Of a DNA stretch of 64,000 bases, positions 39,568 to 47,866 are shown in pieces (the stretch's first letter is position 1; each line of letters begins with the position of its first letter). A program made the position numbers and the translations under genes. This DNA is from a virus (lineage: Duplodnaviria; Caudoviricetes), in IMG/VR virus record IMGVR_UViG_3300020577_010124, positions 106,563 through 170,562 of that record. One strand, 5' to 3'. The notes under the pieces were generated by a model. That model searched no databases. It was not told where the DNA came from and worked only from the letters and a program-made list of their open reading frames with translations.

Positions 39568-40797
39568 ATGTCGCTATCCATAAGTGAGCAGTTGGACTCT
39601 ATATTTGATGTCCCTAAAAATGGCGCAAATATAAAAGAAGAAGATACTGATAACAACGATGCAGCTTATGCTGAAGTAGTTGCTACGCATGACAATGCGA
39701 GCTTTGATCAAAAAGTCAAGGCGCTAAGCGAGAAGCTGGCTAAAGACGTTCCCTCGTCGGATGTCCCTAACACTTCAACAGTGGAGGCTTCTTATGTTCA
39801 GCCAACCTTTGCCGCCCCAGAACAACCCAAACAATCTACCGAAGACGAGTTCCAAACGATACTCTCGCGGTCTGTTCAACCTAAACAGCCTATCGTCGCG
39901 CCAGTACAACCCTTGGTGCAAGAACCGATCTTTGATACTAAAGATACAAAGCGAGAAGAGCCTGCTAAGAACGATGACACGATACGGAATAACGACAAAC
40001 CAATTCCTGTCGCTTTGGAAGGAAACGCTGTGAATGATGATTCGGTATCCGAGTCAGTTTCGGACGGACCTAGCTCGCCAGTATACAACTTGCAAGTTAA
40101 CTCAGACGGTTGGTTGCTAACGGCTCCTGCTCCAATGTATAGTCACTTCTATACAGAGAAGGCAGCATTCATTCGCCATATCACCGTAAATGGTAAGCCT
40201 CTAGAAATAGATAAGTTGACGACTGAGCTTAGAAACTCAAGCGTTAGCACGAAAGTAGAGCTTACGGATCTGCCAGGAATGGCTGAACGTCTAACGAAGA
40301 TTCAGGACTTCCTTGATAGAGTTGTTCAAATCAAGGTTCAGGCAACCAGTCAATGCGCTGCAACAAAAAGAGGCGTTGAGTTGCTTCGAGGGGTTTTGGC
40401 TAAGGTTAGCTACGAAAAACCAGCCGCCCGTCAAGACGGAGTTATTTACGACCATATGCGAGACATTGAGATGTACGCATCAAGAGTCGAAAGCCTTGAG
40501 CAGAATGCTAAGGATATATACCACAACTTGTTGGAAGCGAAAGAAATCCTCAGCCGCAAGATATCTATTGCTATTGAGCTTGTAAAAGAGCAAAATAAGA
40601 CTGACGGATTGGAGAAGAGTTTCAATAATCTTCCCGATAGTTCAAAGAAAACTATGAGCGCTCCTATAGCTACATCTAGTAAGTTGGCGGGCGAAGGATA
40701 CGACAGGTTGGACGTACAAGAAGCTGTTGTGAAGGCAGCGGCTCCAAAGCAAGATCGGTCGATAAAAAAATCTGGACAATCTGATTGGATGGACTGA
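39568..40797 (+). CDS. Hypothetical protein (disordered N-terminus, coiled-coil C-terminus)
   Basis: 409-aa ORF, AGGA upstream. Confidence 0.7.
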   Translation: MSLSISEQLDSIFDVPKNGANIKEEDTDNNDAAYAEVVATHDNASFDQKVKALSEKLAKDVPSSDVPNTSTVEASYVQPTFAAPEQPKQSTEDEFQTILSRSVQPKQPIVAPVQPLVQEPIFDTKDTKREEPAKNDDTIRNNDKPIPVALEGNAVNDDSVSESVSDGPSSPVYNLQVNSDGWLLTAPAPMYSHFYTEKAAFIRHITVNGKPLEIDKLTTELRNSSVSTKVELTDLPGMAERLTKIQDFLDRVVQIKVQATSQCAATKRGVELLRGVLAKVSYEKPAARQDGVIYDHMRDIEMYASRVESLEQNAKDIYHNLLEAKEILSRKISIAIELVKEQNKTDGLEKSFNNLPDSSKKTMSAPIATSSKLAGEGYDRLDVQEAVVKAAAPKQDRSIKKSGQSDWMD

Positions 40798-40825
40798 AGG
40801 AAAATCCAATAGATAGTCGAAATAT
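40798..40825 (+). promoter_or_regulatory. Putative alternative-sigma promoter AGGA-N17-GAAATAT
   Basis: Start of longest intergenic gap; same spacing as the 17563 element. Confidence 0.4.
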
Positions 40826-40828
40826 ATG

Positions 40829-40966
40829 TATGACGAATGAGTAACCCATACTTGCTTGTCATAGAGATTCTAGAGAGTACCGAGCGTTTCGAGACTTTCA
40901 AACAAAGACGTAGTATAAAAAGCTGAACTCAAGTTTTTAGAGTTCCCAGAGTTAAGGAGATTTCAC
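40829..40966 (+). promoter_or_regulatory. Structured 5' leader of SSB gene
   Basis: 15-bp imperfect hairpin 40829-40863; GAACTC/GAGTTC hairpin 40925-40945; repeated GAG..TTC units; AAGGAG SD. Confidence 0.45.
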
Positions 40967-41662
40967 ATGGGACAGTTGATTGATTGGGGTAGTGTAGAGC
41001 CACAAAAGCCAAGTAAGGGCGGAAGCGGTGGCGGCGGTAGCGACAAGTTCTTGAAGCTAGAGCCAGGTAAGACGTACCGAGTACGTCCAGTCGGAAAACC
41101 ATATGTTTTCCATGCTTACTATGTTGCTGCGGCGGACAATCCTAAGAAGTTCGCCAGAGCGGTAACGGAAGATCCAGCAAACTGCATAATTCGTCAGAAG
41201 TATAACGTTGAGCCAAGAATGCGTTACGCTGTCAATGTCATTGACCGCGCAGACGGCAAGCTCAAGGTTATGGAAGCGCCTCCATCTGTCTTTGATAAGA
41301 TCAAGCAATGGGCCAACGCTTCTGGGCAAAACCCAGGCACGAATACAGGCGCAGACTTCCAAATCAGCGTAGTCGTTCCTCCTAACGGAGATCGTAAGCG
41401 CACTGAGTATCCAACAACTCCAGTTGTTCAGACGCAGTTTACTGCTGAAGAGCGAGAGATGTTGAATAAGCAAGGTCTATTCAATCTTGAAGAGATCTAT
41501 GCTGCAACTCCTCAGTCAGAAATCGAAGCTAAGTTGTACCCAGGTACTTCTTCAGCAACGGTTACTGTAAAGACCGCTGCGCCGCAAGCTGCGGCTCCCG
41601 TTCAGAGCGTAGCTGCAACTGCTGTTGCATCTAAGGCTTCGAACGACGATCTAGGGTTCTAA
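40967..41662 (+). CDS. Single-stranded DNA-binding protein (gp32-like phage SSB)
   Basis: FLKL...YRVRPV, RYAVNVIDR.DGKLKVME, G.DF.I, TEY; Ala-rich linker and acidic-aromatic tail DDLGF. Confidence 0.7.
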   Translation: MGQLIDWGSVEPQKPSKGGSGGGGSDKFLKLEPGKTYRVRPVGKPYVFHAYYVAAADNPKKFARAVTEDPANCIIRQKYNVEPRMRYAVNVIDRADGKLKVMEAPPSVFDKIKQWANASGQNPGTNTGADFQISVVVPPNGDRKRTEYPTTPVVQTQFTAEEREMLNKQGLFNLEEIYAATPQSEIEAKLYPGTSSATVTVKTAAPQAAAPVQSVAATAVASKASNDDLGF

Positions 41663-41688
41663 AACTAAATAGAGGTTGATTGAGAAAT

Positions 41689-41723
41689 GCCGTGGTTGTG
41701 TAAGCGCCACGGCTTTTTCTTTT
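41689..41723 (+). terminator. Rho-independent terminator
   Basis: GCCGTGG-N11-CCACGGC followed by TTTTTCTTTT downstream of SSB. Confidence 0.8.
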
Positions 41724-41759
41724 CCGACACTATCAATACGCGAATAACGGAGAAAAACA

Positions 41760-43019
41760 ATGGCAAAAAAGAGAGATAATGCATTACTGAACTTCGAAGG
41801 TTTTGAGTTTGGTACAGAAGGAAATCCTACAGAGTTTATACCTAGCGGTCATCATGCGCTTGACTACATTATCTCAAGCGGATTGCTGCAAAATGAGCTT
41901 ACCGAAACAGGCGAAATGATCGCCTCGGCAGGAGGCTTCCCAACTGGTAAGCTTGTCATGATTTATGGCGGCGAGGCAGGAGGAAAGTCGTCTCTAGCAT
42001 ATAAGATATGCGGCTCTGCTCAACGAATGGGCAAGATTCCTATTTGGGTTGATGTTGAAAACTCTTTCAGCGAAACGCTTGCAAAGATTAACGGCGTTGA
42101 TCTCAAGAGATTGGGTCGTAAGAATATGTACGACAAGAATCAACCTGACAAAGTATTCGACGGCGAATATGCTCTTGATTGCGTTATGGACGCATGCAAG
42201 AGAGGCGCAGGCGTTGTTGTGCTAGACTCAATTGGTAGTCTTGTTCCTCGTTACGTTATGGAAAATCCAGCAGACAAAGATACAATGGCAGCATTGGCTC
42301 GTTTGCTTGGAAAGACTGTTAACAAGATTAGTAGCTTGGCAGCAGCAAACGGAACGTTGGTTATCTTCATCAATCAACTTCGTATTACTCCTGGCGCTAT
42401 GTTCAAAGACCCAGAAGGATACCCAGGCGGAAAAGCAATTGCTCACGCTTGTTCTGTTATCTTGAAACTAAATAAGGTCAACGCCAAAGACGGTTACACC
42501 TACATTGAAGACGACGAGGGCAAGCCAAAGATGATTGCTGGTTCTGCTAACGTATTCGTTCAGAAGAATCGTTTTGCAGCGCCTCACTTCGGCGGCATTC
42601 GTATCCCGATCTACTACGAAAACTACTTCCCTGAGATTCAAGATACTGCATTCGAGGTTGGTCGCCAGACAAAGACGATTTCCGTTCGTAATGGAGTTTA
42701 CACTTGGGGCAAGATCAAGGTTGAGGGAAAGAAAGCGTTTATTGCAGAGATCGTGGCTAAGAACAAGGTTGGAGAGCTTGTAGCCGAAATCAAAGAAGAC
42801 GCAAAGAAAGACGAAGCAATCATCCTTCCGACCGAGATTTTGAACTACGAGAAGCATGTTGCCTTTGTTAATCAGAATAAAGATAAGCTTGAGAAGAGTA
42901 AGCAGTCCAAAGAGCAGAAGAAGTCTAAAGACGAAGAAGTTGCCGAAGCAATAGGCGAAGAAGATACTACGCCTAACATTGATGTTTCTGATGAAGTCCC
43001 TGCAAACGTAGAGCTATGA
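41760..43019 (+). CDS. recA: RecA/UvsX recombinase
   Basis: IPSG...GGFPTGK..IYGGEAGGKS, WVDVENS, VLDSIGSL, IFINQLR, PGGKA, KNRF. Confidence 0.9.
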   Translation: MAKKRDNALLNFEGFEFGTEGNPTEFIPSGHHALDYIISSGLLQNELTETGEMIASAGGFPTGKLVMIYGGEAGGKSSLAYKICGSAQRMGKIPIWVDVENSFSETLAKINGVDLKRLGRKNMYDKNQPDKVFDGEYALDCVMDACKRGAGVVVLDSIGSLVPRYVMENPADKDTMAALARLLGKTVNKISSLAAANGTLVIFINQLRITPGAMFKDPEGYPGGKAIAHACSVILKLNKVNAKDGYTYIEDDEGKPKMIAGSANVFVQKNRFAAPHFGGIRIPIYYENYFPEIQDTAFEVGRQTKTISVRNGVYTWGKIKVEGKKAFIAEIVAKNKVGELVAEIKEDAKKDEAIILPTEILNYEKHVAFVNQNKDKLEKSKQSKEQKKSKDEEVAEAIGEEDTTPNIDVSDEVPANVEL

Positions 43020-43792
43020 TAAGCCATTTTGCTGAAGTAGAACGAGTAGAAATAACTGAGCTATCGCAGCAAACGTTGTGGAATGAGCAGTCAGATGATG
43101 TAGCAGAAGCTCTTCGATATTGTCGAGAGGAACGTAAGCTTTCGGACGACGTTATTAAAAAGTTCCGATTTGGTTACTTTCCTCAAAGACTAAAAAAAGC
43201 TGGGCATGACTGGGCTGGAAGGCTCATCATGCCTTTGTATGACCCGTATGGAAAACTTGTCGTTCTTACGTCTAGAGATTTTAGATGTAAGGATAAAATG
43301 GGGATGCCTCATCTTCATGAAGAGTTTGACAAGAAAATGTTCTTGTATGGTGTTGACGTTGCAAAGCCCAACATTATACGCTGGCAAAAAGTCATAATCG
43401 TTGAAGGTCAATTCGATACCGCATATTCGCATACAAGAGGATTTGACGTTACCGTTGGTATTCTTGGTAGCGCATTTTCCATGTACCATGTTTGCGTCTT
43501 GGCTCGCTATTGCAGCGAGTTCTTTCTTGTATTCGACGCAGACGAGTCGGGCTACAGAAACCTAGCAAGGTCAATACGCATGTATAAAACATACGGATTG
43601 GACTCCTTCGGCATTCGCTTTGTGCCTGTTTTGCTTCCGAAGCATAAAGATCCCGATGAGTTCTTACAAAAAGAAACCAAAGAGCAATACACCGCACTTC
43701 TTACCGAAGCTAAGAATAAAACCGTCGAACTAGGAACTACAGCCTACTACGACCTTCTAGTTAAAAACAATCCCCATATTGAGGAAAAGTAA
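43016..43792 (+). CDS. dnaG: DNA primase catalytic core (RNA polymerase/Toprim domain) lacking zinc-binding domain
   Basis: FRFGY, RLIMPL.D..G, SR, FLYG, IIVEGQFD, LGSA, FDADESG, KDPDEF. Confidence 0.85.
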   Translation: MISHFAEVERVEITELSQQTLWNEQSDDVAEALRYCREERKLSDDVIKKFRFGYFPQRLKKAGHDWAGRLIMPLYDPYGKLVVLTSRDFRCKDKMGMPHLHEEFDKKMFLYGVDVAKPNIIRWQKVIIVEGQFDTAYSHTRGFDVTVGILGSAFSMYHVCVLARYCSEFFLVFDADESGYRNLARSIRMYKTYGLDSFGIRFVPVLLPKHKDPDEFLQKETKEQYTALLTEAKNKTVELGTTAYYDLLVKNNPHIEEK

Positions 43793-43793
43793 T

Positions 43794-44825
43794 ATGCCCC
43801 CTGTTGCACAGCCACCTGAAGTAACGAATATAATGAACGTTGTTAATACGTGGCTAAAATGGAAGAATCTGAATGGACCGCCCCGCGGACATGAAATGTA
43901 TCACCCTTCGGCGTTCGGTGGTTGCTTGCGCAAGATGCAATACCAGCGTTATGCAGGACGAGGGCTTATCGCTCATACTGCTGAAGAACTAGATCCAAAG
44001 ACTATCCGTATCTTTGATACGGGTCATAGTATGCATGAAAGATGGATGCATTACTTTGAAGAGATTGGAGTTCTAAGAGGCATTTGGGAATGTACCAACC
44101 CAAACTGCGGTCTATGGAATGACGCAGGCGAATATCTCGGAGATAGAGATGATTGTCCTTATGTAAAGAATGAATATCCAGGCGTAGTAAAGACTCCGCT
44201 TCCAAAGCCTCGGGTTTATGGAAGAGATAATAAGATTGGAGCCTTCAAGCCAAAAGCTTGCGCTTGCGGATGTCATAAGTTCCAGTATCATGAAATTACT
44301 GTTGAAGATAAGTCGCTGAACTTTAGAGGTCATTGCGATCAAATCCTTGATTTTTCGAACTTCGATTCAGGCACGTTTAGCAAAGGCGTGGCTGTTGACG
44401 TTCTATTCAAGCAGGAAGATTTGCCAAAGAAACCAATTGTTCTTGATATGAAGAGCATCAATGCATTCAACTTCAAGAGCAAACTAGACAATGGACCATC
44501 GTTGGTCTATCGAACACAGTTGGTTATCTATTGTAATATCCTAGATTTGGATTATGGCGTGCTTGTTTATGAGAATAAAGACGACTCAGCAACCAAAATC
44601 TATAAAGTCGATCGCAATGTTGATCTTTGGAATAAAATTCAGGAACAAGCAAGTAAGATGAATGATATGGTGAGCGAGCAGTTGCTTCCTCCTCCCAGAC
44701 CTGTATCTAAAGACGAGTATGAGTGTCGTTATTGCGATTTTCAGTCGATGTGTCATAAGTCAAAGGTATGGGATGATCCAGAACTTTTGAGTAAACGACT
44801 AAAGTTTTACGGCTTACTAGAATAG
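43794..44825 (+). CDS. Cas4-like PD-(D/E)XK exonuclease
   Basis: HPSAFGGCLRK, GHSMHE, RGHCD, LDMKS, QLVIY, CRYCDFQSMC Fe-S-type cysteines. Confidence 0.8.
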   Translation: MPPVAQPPEVTNIMNVVNTWLKWKNLNGPPRGHEMYHPSAFGGCLRKMQYQRYAGRGLIAHTAEELDPKTIRIFDTGHSMHERWMHYFEEIGVLRGIWECTNPNCGLWNDAGEYLGDRDDCPYVKNEYPGVVKTPLPKPRVYGRDNKIGAFKPKACACGCHKFQYHEITVEDKSLNFRGHCDQILDFSNFDSGTFSKGVAVDVLFKQEDLPKKPIVLDMKSINAFNFKSKLDNGPSLVYRTQLVIYCNILDLDYGVLVYENKDDSATKIYKVDRNVDLWNKIQEQASKMNDMVSEQLLPPPRPVSKDEYECRYCDFQSMCHKSKVWDDPELLSKRLKFYGLLE

Positions 44826-44834
44826 GAGCAACTT

Positions 44835-45152
44835 ATGACACCGCATACGCCGTCTGATGATATAACCTTGTTGAAAGTTAAGGGAGAAGGAAGTTTTCAG
44901 GACGACCAATCTCGTAAAGAATATGTAAAGAGTTTAGCTTCAGCAGTTATAACAGTTGTTTCTAAGCATGGACATGCCAAACTGAAAACAGTTGGCGCGT
45001 CCTCTGGAAATAATGCTTGGAAAGCCGTGATAATCGCTCGCGGCGAGGCTGCAAAAAAGGGGATCGACCTTGTGGTTGAGCCTTCTTTTGACAGCGCTTC
45101 GTTCGATGGTGGAGATAAGACTGCAATTGTTTTGAAAGTTGGTCCCCGATAA
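44835..45152 (+). CDS. spoVS: Stage V sporulation protein S family (Alba-like fold)
   Basis: LLKV...SLASAV...VGASSGNNAWKAVIIARG...GIDL...PSF...TAIVLKV. Confidence 0.8.
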   Translation: MTPHTPSDDITLLKVKGEGSFQDDQSRKEYVKSLASAVITVVSKHGHAKLKTVGASSGNNAWKAVIIARGEAAKKGIDLVVEPSFDSASFDGGDKTAIVLKVGPR

Positions 45153-45162
45153 GGAGTCTCAG

Positions 45163-45747
45163 ATGCTTGATGAAGATGTAGGAATATCGTTTCCCAAGAT
45201 CAATGGTATCTTGCAAGGAACGGAAGAACTAACAGATAAGTATGAGGTTGAGGGCGTTCTTTTGGCTCTTCAACAAATGAACAGAAAAGTTGAGTTTCTA
45301 AAAGAACTAAAGCGCCGTAGAGTTTCTTCTATTGACGCTCAGATTCAAGCAGAAGAAGCTTCTATGGCTACCCTTGAGGATGCTATAAAAGCTTGTATGA
45401 AGCGCAATAAAGAAAAGACTCTTGATTTCCCAGGCGTAGGCAAGGTTGGCGTTCGAGAGACAAAGGGAACATGGACCATCATTGACGAGGAAGGTCTTCG
45501 CCGTCATCTTGAAAGCTTGGGTAAGTTCAATGAAGTTTCGGAAGAGTCTTGGAAGTTCAAGAAGAAAGATTTGAACAAGCTACTAGACGAACTTCAGCAA
45601 AACAACAACACTTCAACGTTTGTTGAGAAAGAACCAGCCAAGACCAGCCTTAGCGTTTCTTTCCCCAAGGAAGAATCCGTAGCTCCTATTCCTGCTAATC
45701 CTAATGCAGTCGTAGCTAAGGTTGATCTTGATAAACTTGTAATCTAA
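45163..45747 (+). CDS. Mu Gam/Gp157-like host-nuclease-inhibitor-type protein
   Basis: Coiled coil followed by KTLDFPGVGKVGVRE...KKKDL; AAGGAG SD. Confidence 0.5.
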   Translation: MLDEDVGISFPKINGILQGTEELTDKYEVEGVLLALQQMNRKVEFLKELKRRRVSSIDAQIQAEEASMATLEDAIKACMKRNKEKTLDFPGVGKVGVRETKGTWTIIDEEGLRRHLESLGKFNEVSEESWKFKKKDLNKLLDELQQNNNTSTFVEKEPAKTSLSVSFPKEESVAPIPANPNAVVAKVDLDKLVI

Positions 45748-46370
45748 TGTCAAGAGCAATTTTTGTTATTGGCCCCCAAGGAAGCGGTTCGTCTGCAACT
45801 GCGGGGGCTATGCATTTTCTGGGCATCTCAATGGGAGATAACCTTAAGGGAAAGAATCTCCTAAACCCTAAAGGTCATTACGAAGACAAAGATTTTGTAA
45901 ACATCGTTGATGAATGGAATAAGGGAATTAATCATCATAACATCGAAACAATCATTCATGAATATGTAAAGAAGAGAAATGTATCCCCCTTGTGGGGCTT
46001 GAAAATGCCTCATTTGGGCATACTTGGAAAGTATCTTATTCCTCATATACAAGAATGTCGAGTGGTATCTATTGATCGTAATCCCGTAGCTTGTATTAGA
46101 AGCGCTTCGCTTAAGTACAAAGAAAAAACGATTGATAGTATTACAGCGATGCATGAGACGGTTAGAAAGCTTAGAAAACAGTTTATAGAAGAATTTTCTG
46201 TTCCTAATCTAGAAGTTGATTTCAACGAACTTACAGAAAATCCGAACCTAATAGTACGACAAATAGCCGCTTTTTGCTTTGAGGGGATGGAATTCCCATC
46301 CGATAGAAAGATAGAAGAGGCTATAGCTTTTGTAGATCCAGTTCTAAATCATAAGAGAGAGTTACAATGA
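45747..46370 (+). CDS. Sulfotransferase-like P-loop protein
   Basis: VIGPQGSGSS, LG..MG, NPKGHYED, WGLKMP, RNP....S. Confidence 0.7.
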   Translation: MSRAIFVIGPQGSGSSATAGAMHFLGISMGDNLKGKNLLNPKGHYEDKDFVNIVDEWNKGINHHNIETIIHEYVKKRNVSPLWGLKMPHLGILGKYLIPHIQECRVVSIDRNPVACIRSASLKYKEKTIDSITAMHETVRKLRKQFIEEFSVPNLEVDFNELTENPNLIVRQIAAFCFEGMEFPSDRKIEEAIAFVDPVLNHKRELQ

Positions 46371-47152
46371 TGTATGACGCAACTTCTGATAAGAAGAAAT
46401 TGAAAGATTCTAGACTAAAACTAGATAACCTGTACTCTCGCATTCCTGAAACAAAAGGATGCATGGAGAATAACTCTAAACCAGAATCAGAGGGCGGTTG
46501 CGGAGCATGGTGCTGTAAGTTGCAAAGTCCTCAAGTATTATATGTAGAGTTTTTGAATAGTTGGAATACTATCTCTCATGAATGGACAGACGCTCAAATA
46601 GAAAATCTTATTGAAAGATCTATAAGAAAATATCTATTCCCTAATAAGGATAGAGGTTGCGTATTTTTGGATAGAGAATCCAATCTCTGTTCTCAACATG
46701 AGACAAGACCGTACAATTGTCGAGTATATGGCATAATTCCCGAAGAAGAATTTAAGCCAAGATATGAGCGACTAAAAATAATCTATCCCGAAACCAGAAA
46801 TCAATGCGATCTTGTTTCAACTCAGGCGGGTCATAAAGTTACTGAAACTGAAACGACTAATTGGTGGCTTGAACTTAATGGTATTGAAATGTTTATTGGA
46901 ATCAAACAAGAAACAATTTCAGACGCACCAGGCGGTTCGTATAGAACATATCATGATCATATCCTTATTCATATGCTAGGAGAGCAAGGAATAATACAAT
47001 TAAGCGAACTTCGCAAGAATGGCTCTCCTAATGAAAAAGAACATACAATAAAGCGTGTTATGGACGCTTTGCGCAAGTTCAAGGAGAAGAAAGTAAATGG
47101 CAATTCAAAGGAAAATGCTCCCTCCGAGGAGAGTAAAGATACTGGAAAGTAA
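46367..47152 (+). CDS. YkgJ-family cysteine-cluster protein
   Basis: C...CGAWCC, CVFLD...LCSQHETRPYNCRVYG. Confidence 0.7.
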   Translation: MMYDATSDKKKLKDSRLKLDNLYSRIPETKGCMENNSKPESEGGCGAWCCKLQSPQVLYVEFLNSWNTISHEWTDAQIENLIERSIRKYLFPNKDRGCVFLDRESNLCSQHETRPYNCRVYGIIPEEEFKPRYERLKIIYPETRNQCDLVSTQAGHKVTETETTNWWLELNGIEMFIGIKQETISDAPGGSYRTYHDHILIHMLGEQGIIQLSELRKNGSPNEKEHTIKRVMDALRKFKEKKVNGNSKENAPSEESKDTGK

Positions 47153-47456
47153 GTACGTTGAAGAAAGCGACCTTATCAAATGGATGCTACATTTTCAGGA
47201 TAACGGAATAGAACAAGTTTATGTTTGGCCTAGCACTGATTTGCTTAAAGCTCTGAATATCTATAGGACGGAGATAACCCCTAAGATGTTGCATAAGTTT
47301 TGCGCAGATATGAAGGGTAAAGAGATTAACTTTGTCATAGATAAAGAACCAGAACTACCTGAAGTCGCTATTACTCCTGAGCAAGACGGAGAGCTTTGGA
47401 AGGGCGTTAGTGAGCAATTTGAAGCGTTCAAGAATAAAGTCGAAGAGGACAAATAA
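47097..47456 (+). CDS. Hypothetical protein
   Basis: 119-aa ORF, AAGGAG upstream, TAATG overlap downstream. Confidence 0.6.
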   Translation: MAIQRKMLPPRRVKILESKYVEESDLIKWMLHFQDNGIEQVYVWPSTDLLKALNIYRTEITPKMLHKFCADMKGKEINFVIDKEPELPEVAITPEQDGELWKGVSEQFEAFKNKVEEDK

Positions 47457-47866
47457 TGGACGGGGTAAAGATACGTATATTTGGATCTGCTGATTGCGAT
47501 ATATGCAAGAACTTAATAAAAGCTTTTGAGCATCATGCAATTCAGTTTGAATACGTAGACGCAAATGCTCCTGATAAAGAAGCACTCTGCGACAAGTATA
47601 AAGTAGACCAACTCCCTCACATCCAAGCAGTTTATGCAGACAACGATAAGCCCTTTCTAACCCATGTTGGATATGTTGGGCCAATGCAGTTTGTTGAGCA
47701 TATGAAGCAGTATTCAAAGCAGTTAGCGGATTTTACCAACTCGTATAAGCAATTAGCCGTAAACAATGTTGATGCAGAAGCAATTCAACAACAGATGAAA
47801 GAAGCGAAGAAAAATGTCAAATCAGGGTGTAGTAGTTGCGGCAGGAAAAATAACGCTAAATCCTGA
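47456..47866 (+). CDS. Glutaredoxin/thioredoxin-fold protein
   Basis: CDIC active-site motif, V..LP cis-Pro motif. Confidence 0.7.
   Translation: MDGVKIRIFGSADCDICKNLIKAFEHHAIQFEYVDANAPDKEALCDKYKVDQLPHIQAVYADNDKPFLTHVGYVGPMQFVEHMKQYSKQLADFTNSYKQLAVNNVDAEAIQQQMKEAKKNVKSGCSSCGRKNNAKS

Noticed and set aside
43794-44825. Cas4-like gene as evidence of a CRISPR-Cas system
   Set aside because: No repeat-spacer array or other cas genes seen; solo Cas4-like nucleases are common in phage recombination modules.
44823-44837. TAG stop in frame with downstream spoVS (possible stop-codon recoding/readthrough)
   Set aside because: Long genes contain no internal TAG or TGA and spoVS has its own AGGAG SD; in-frame spacing occurs by chance one time in three.
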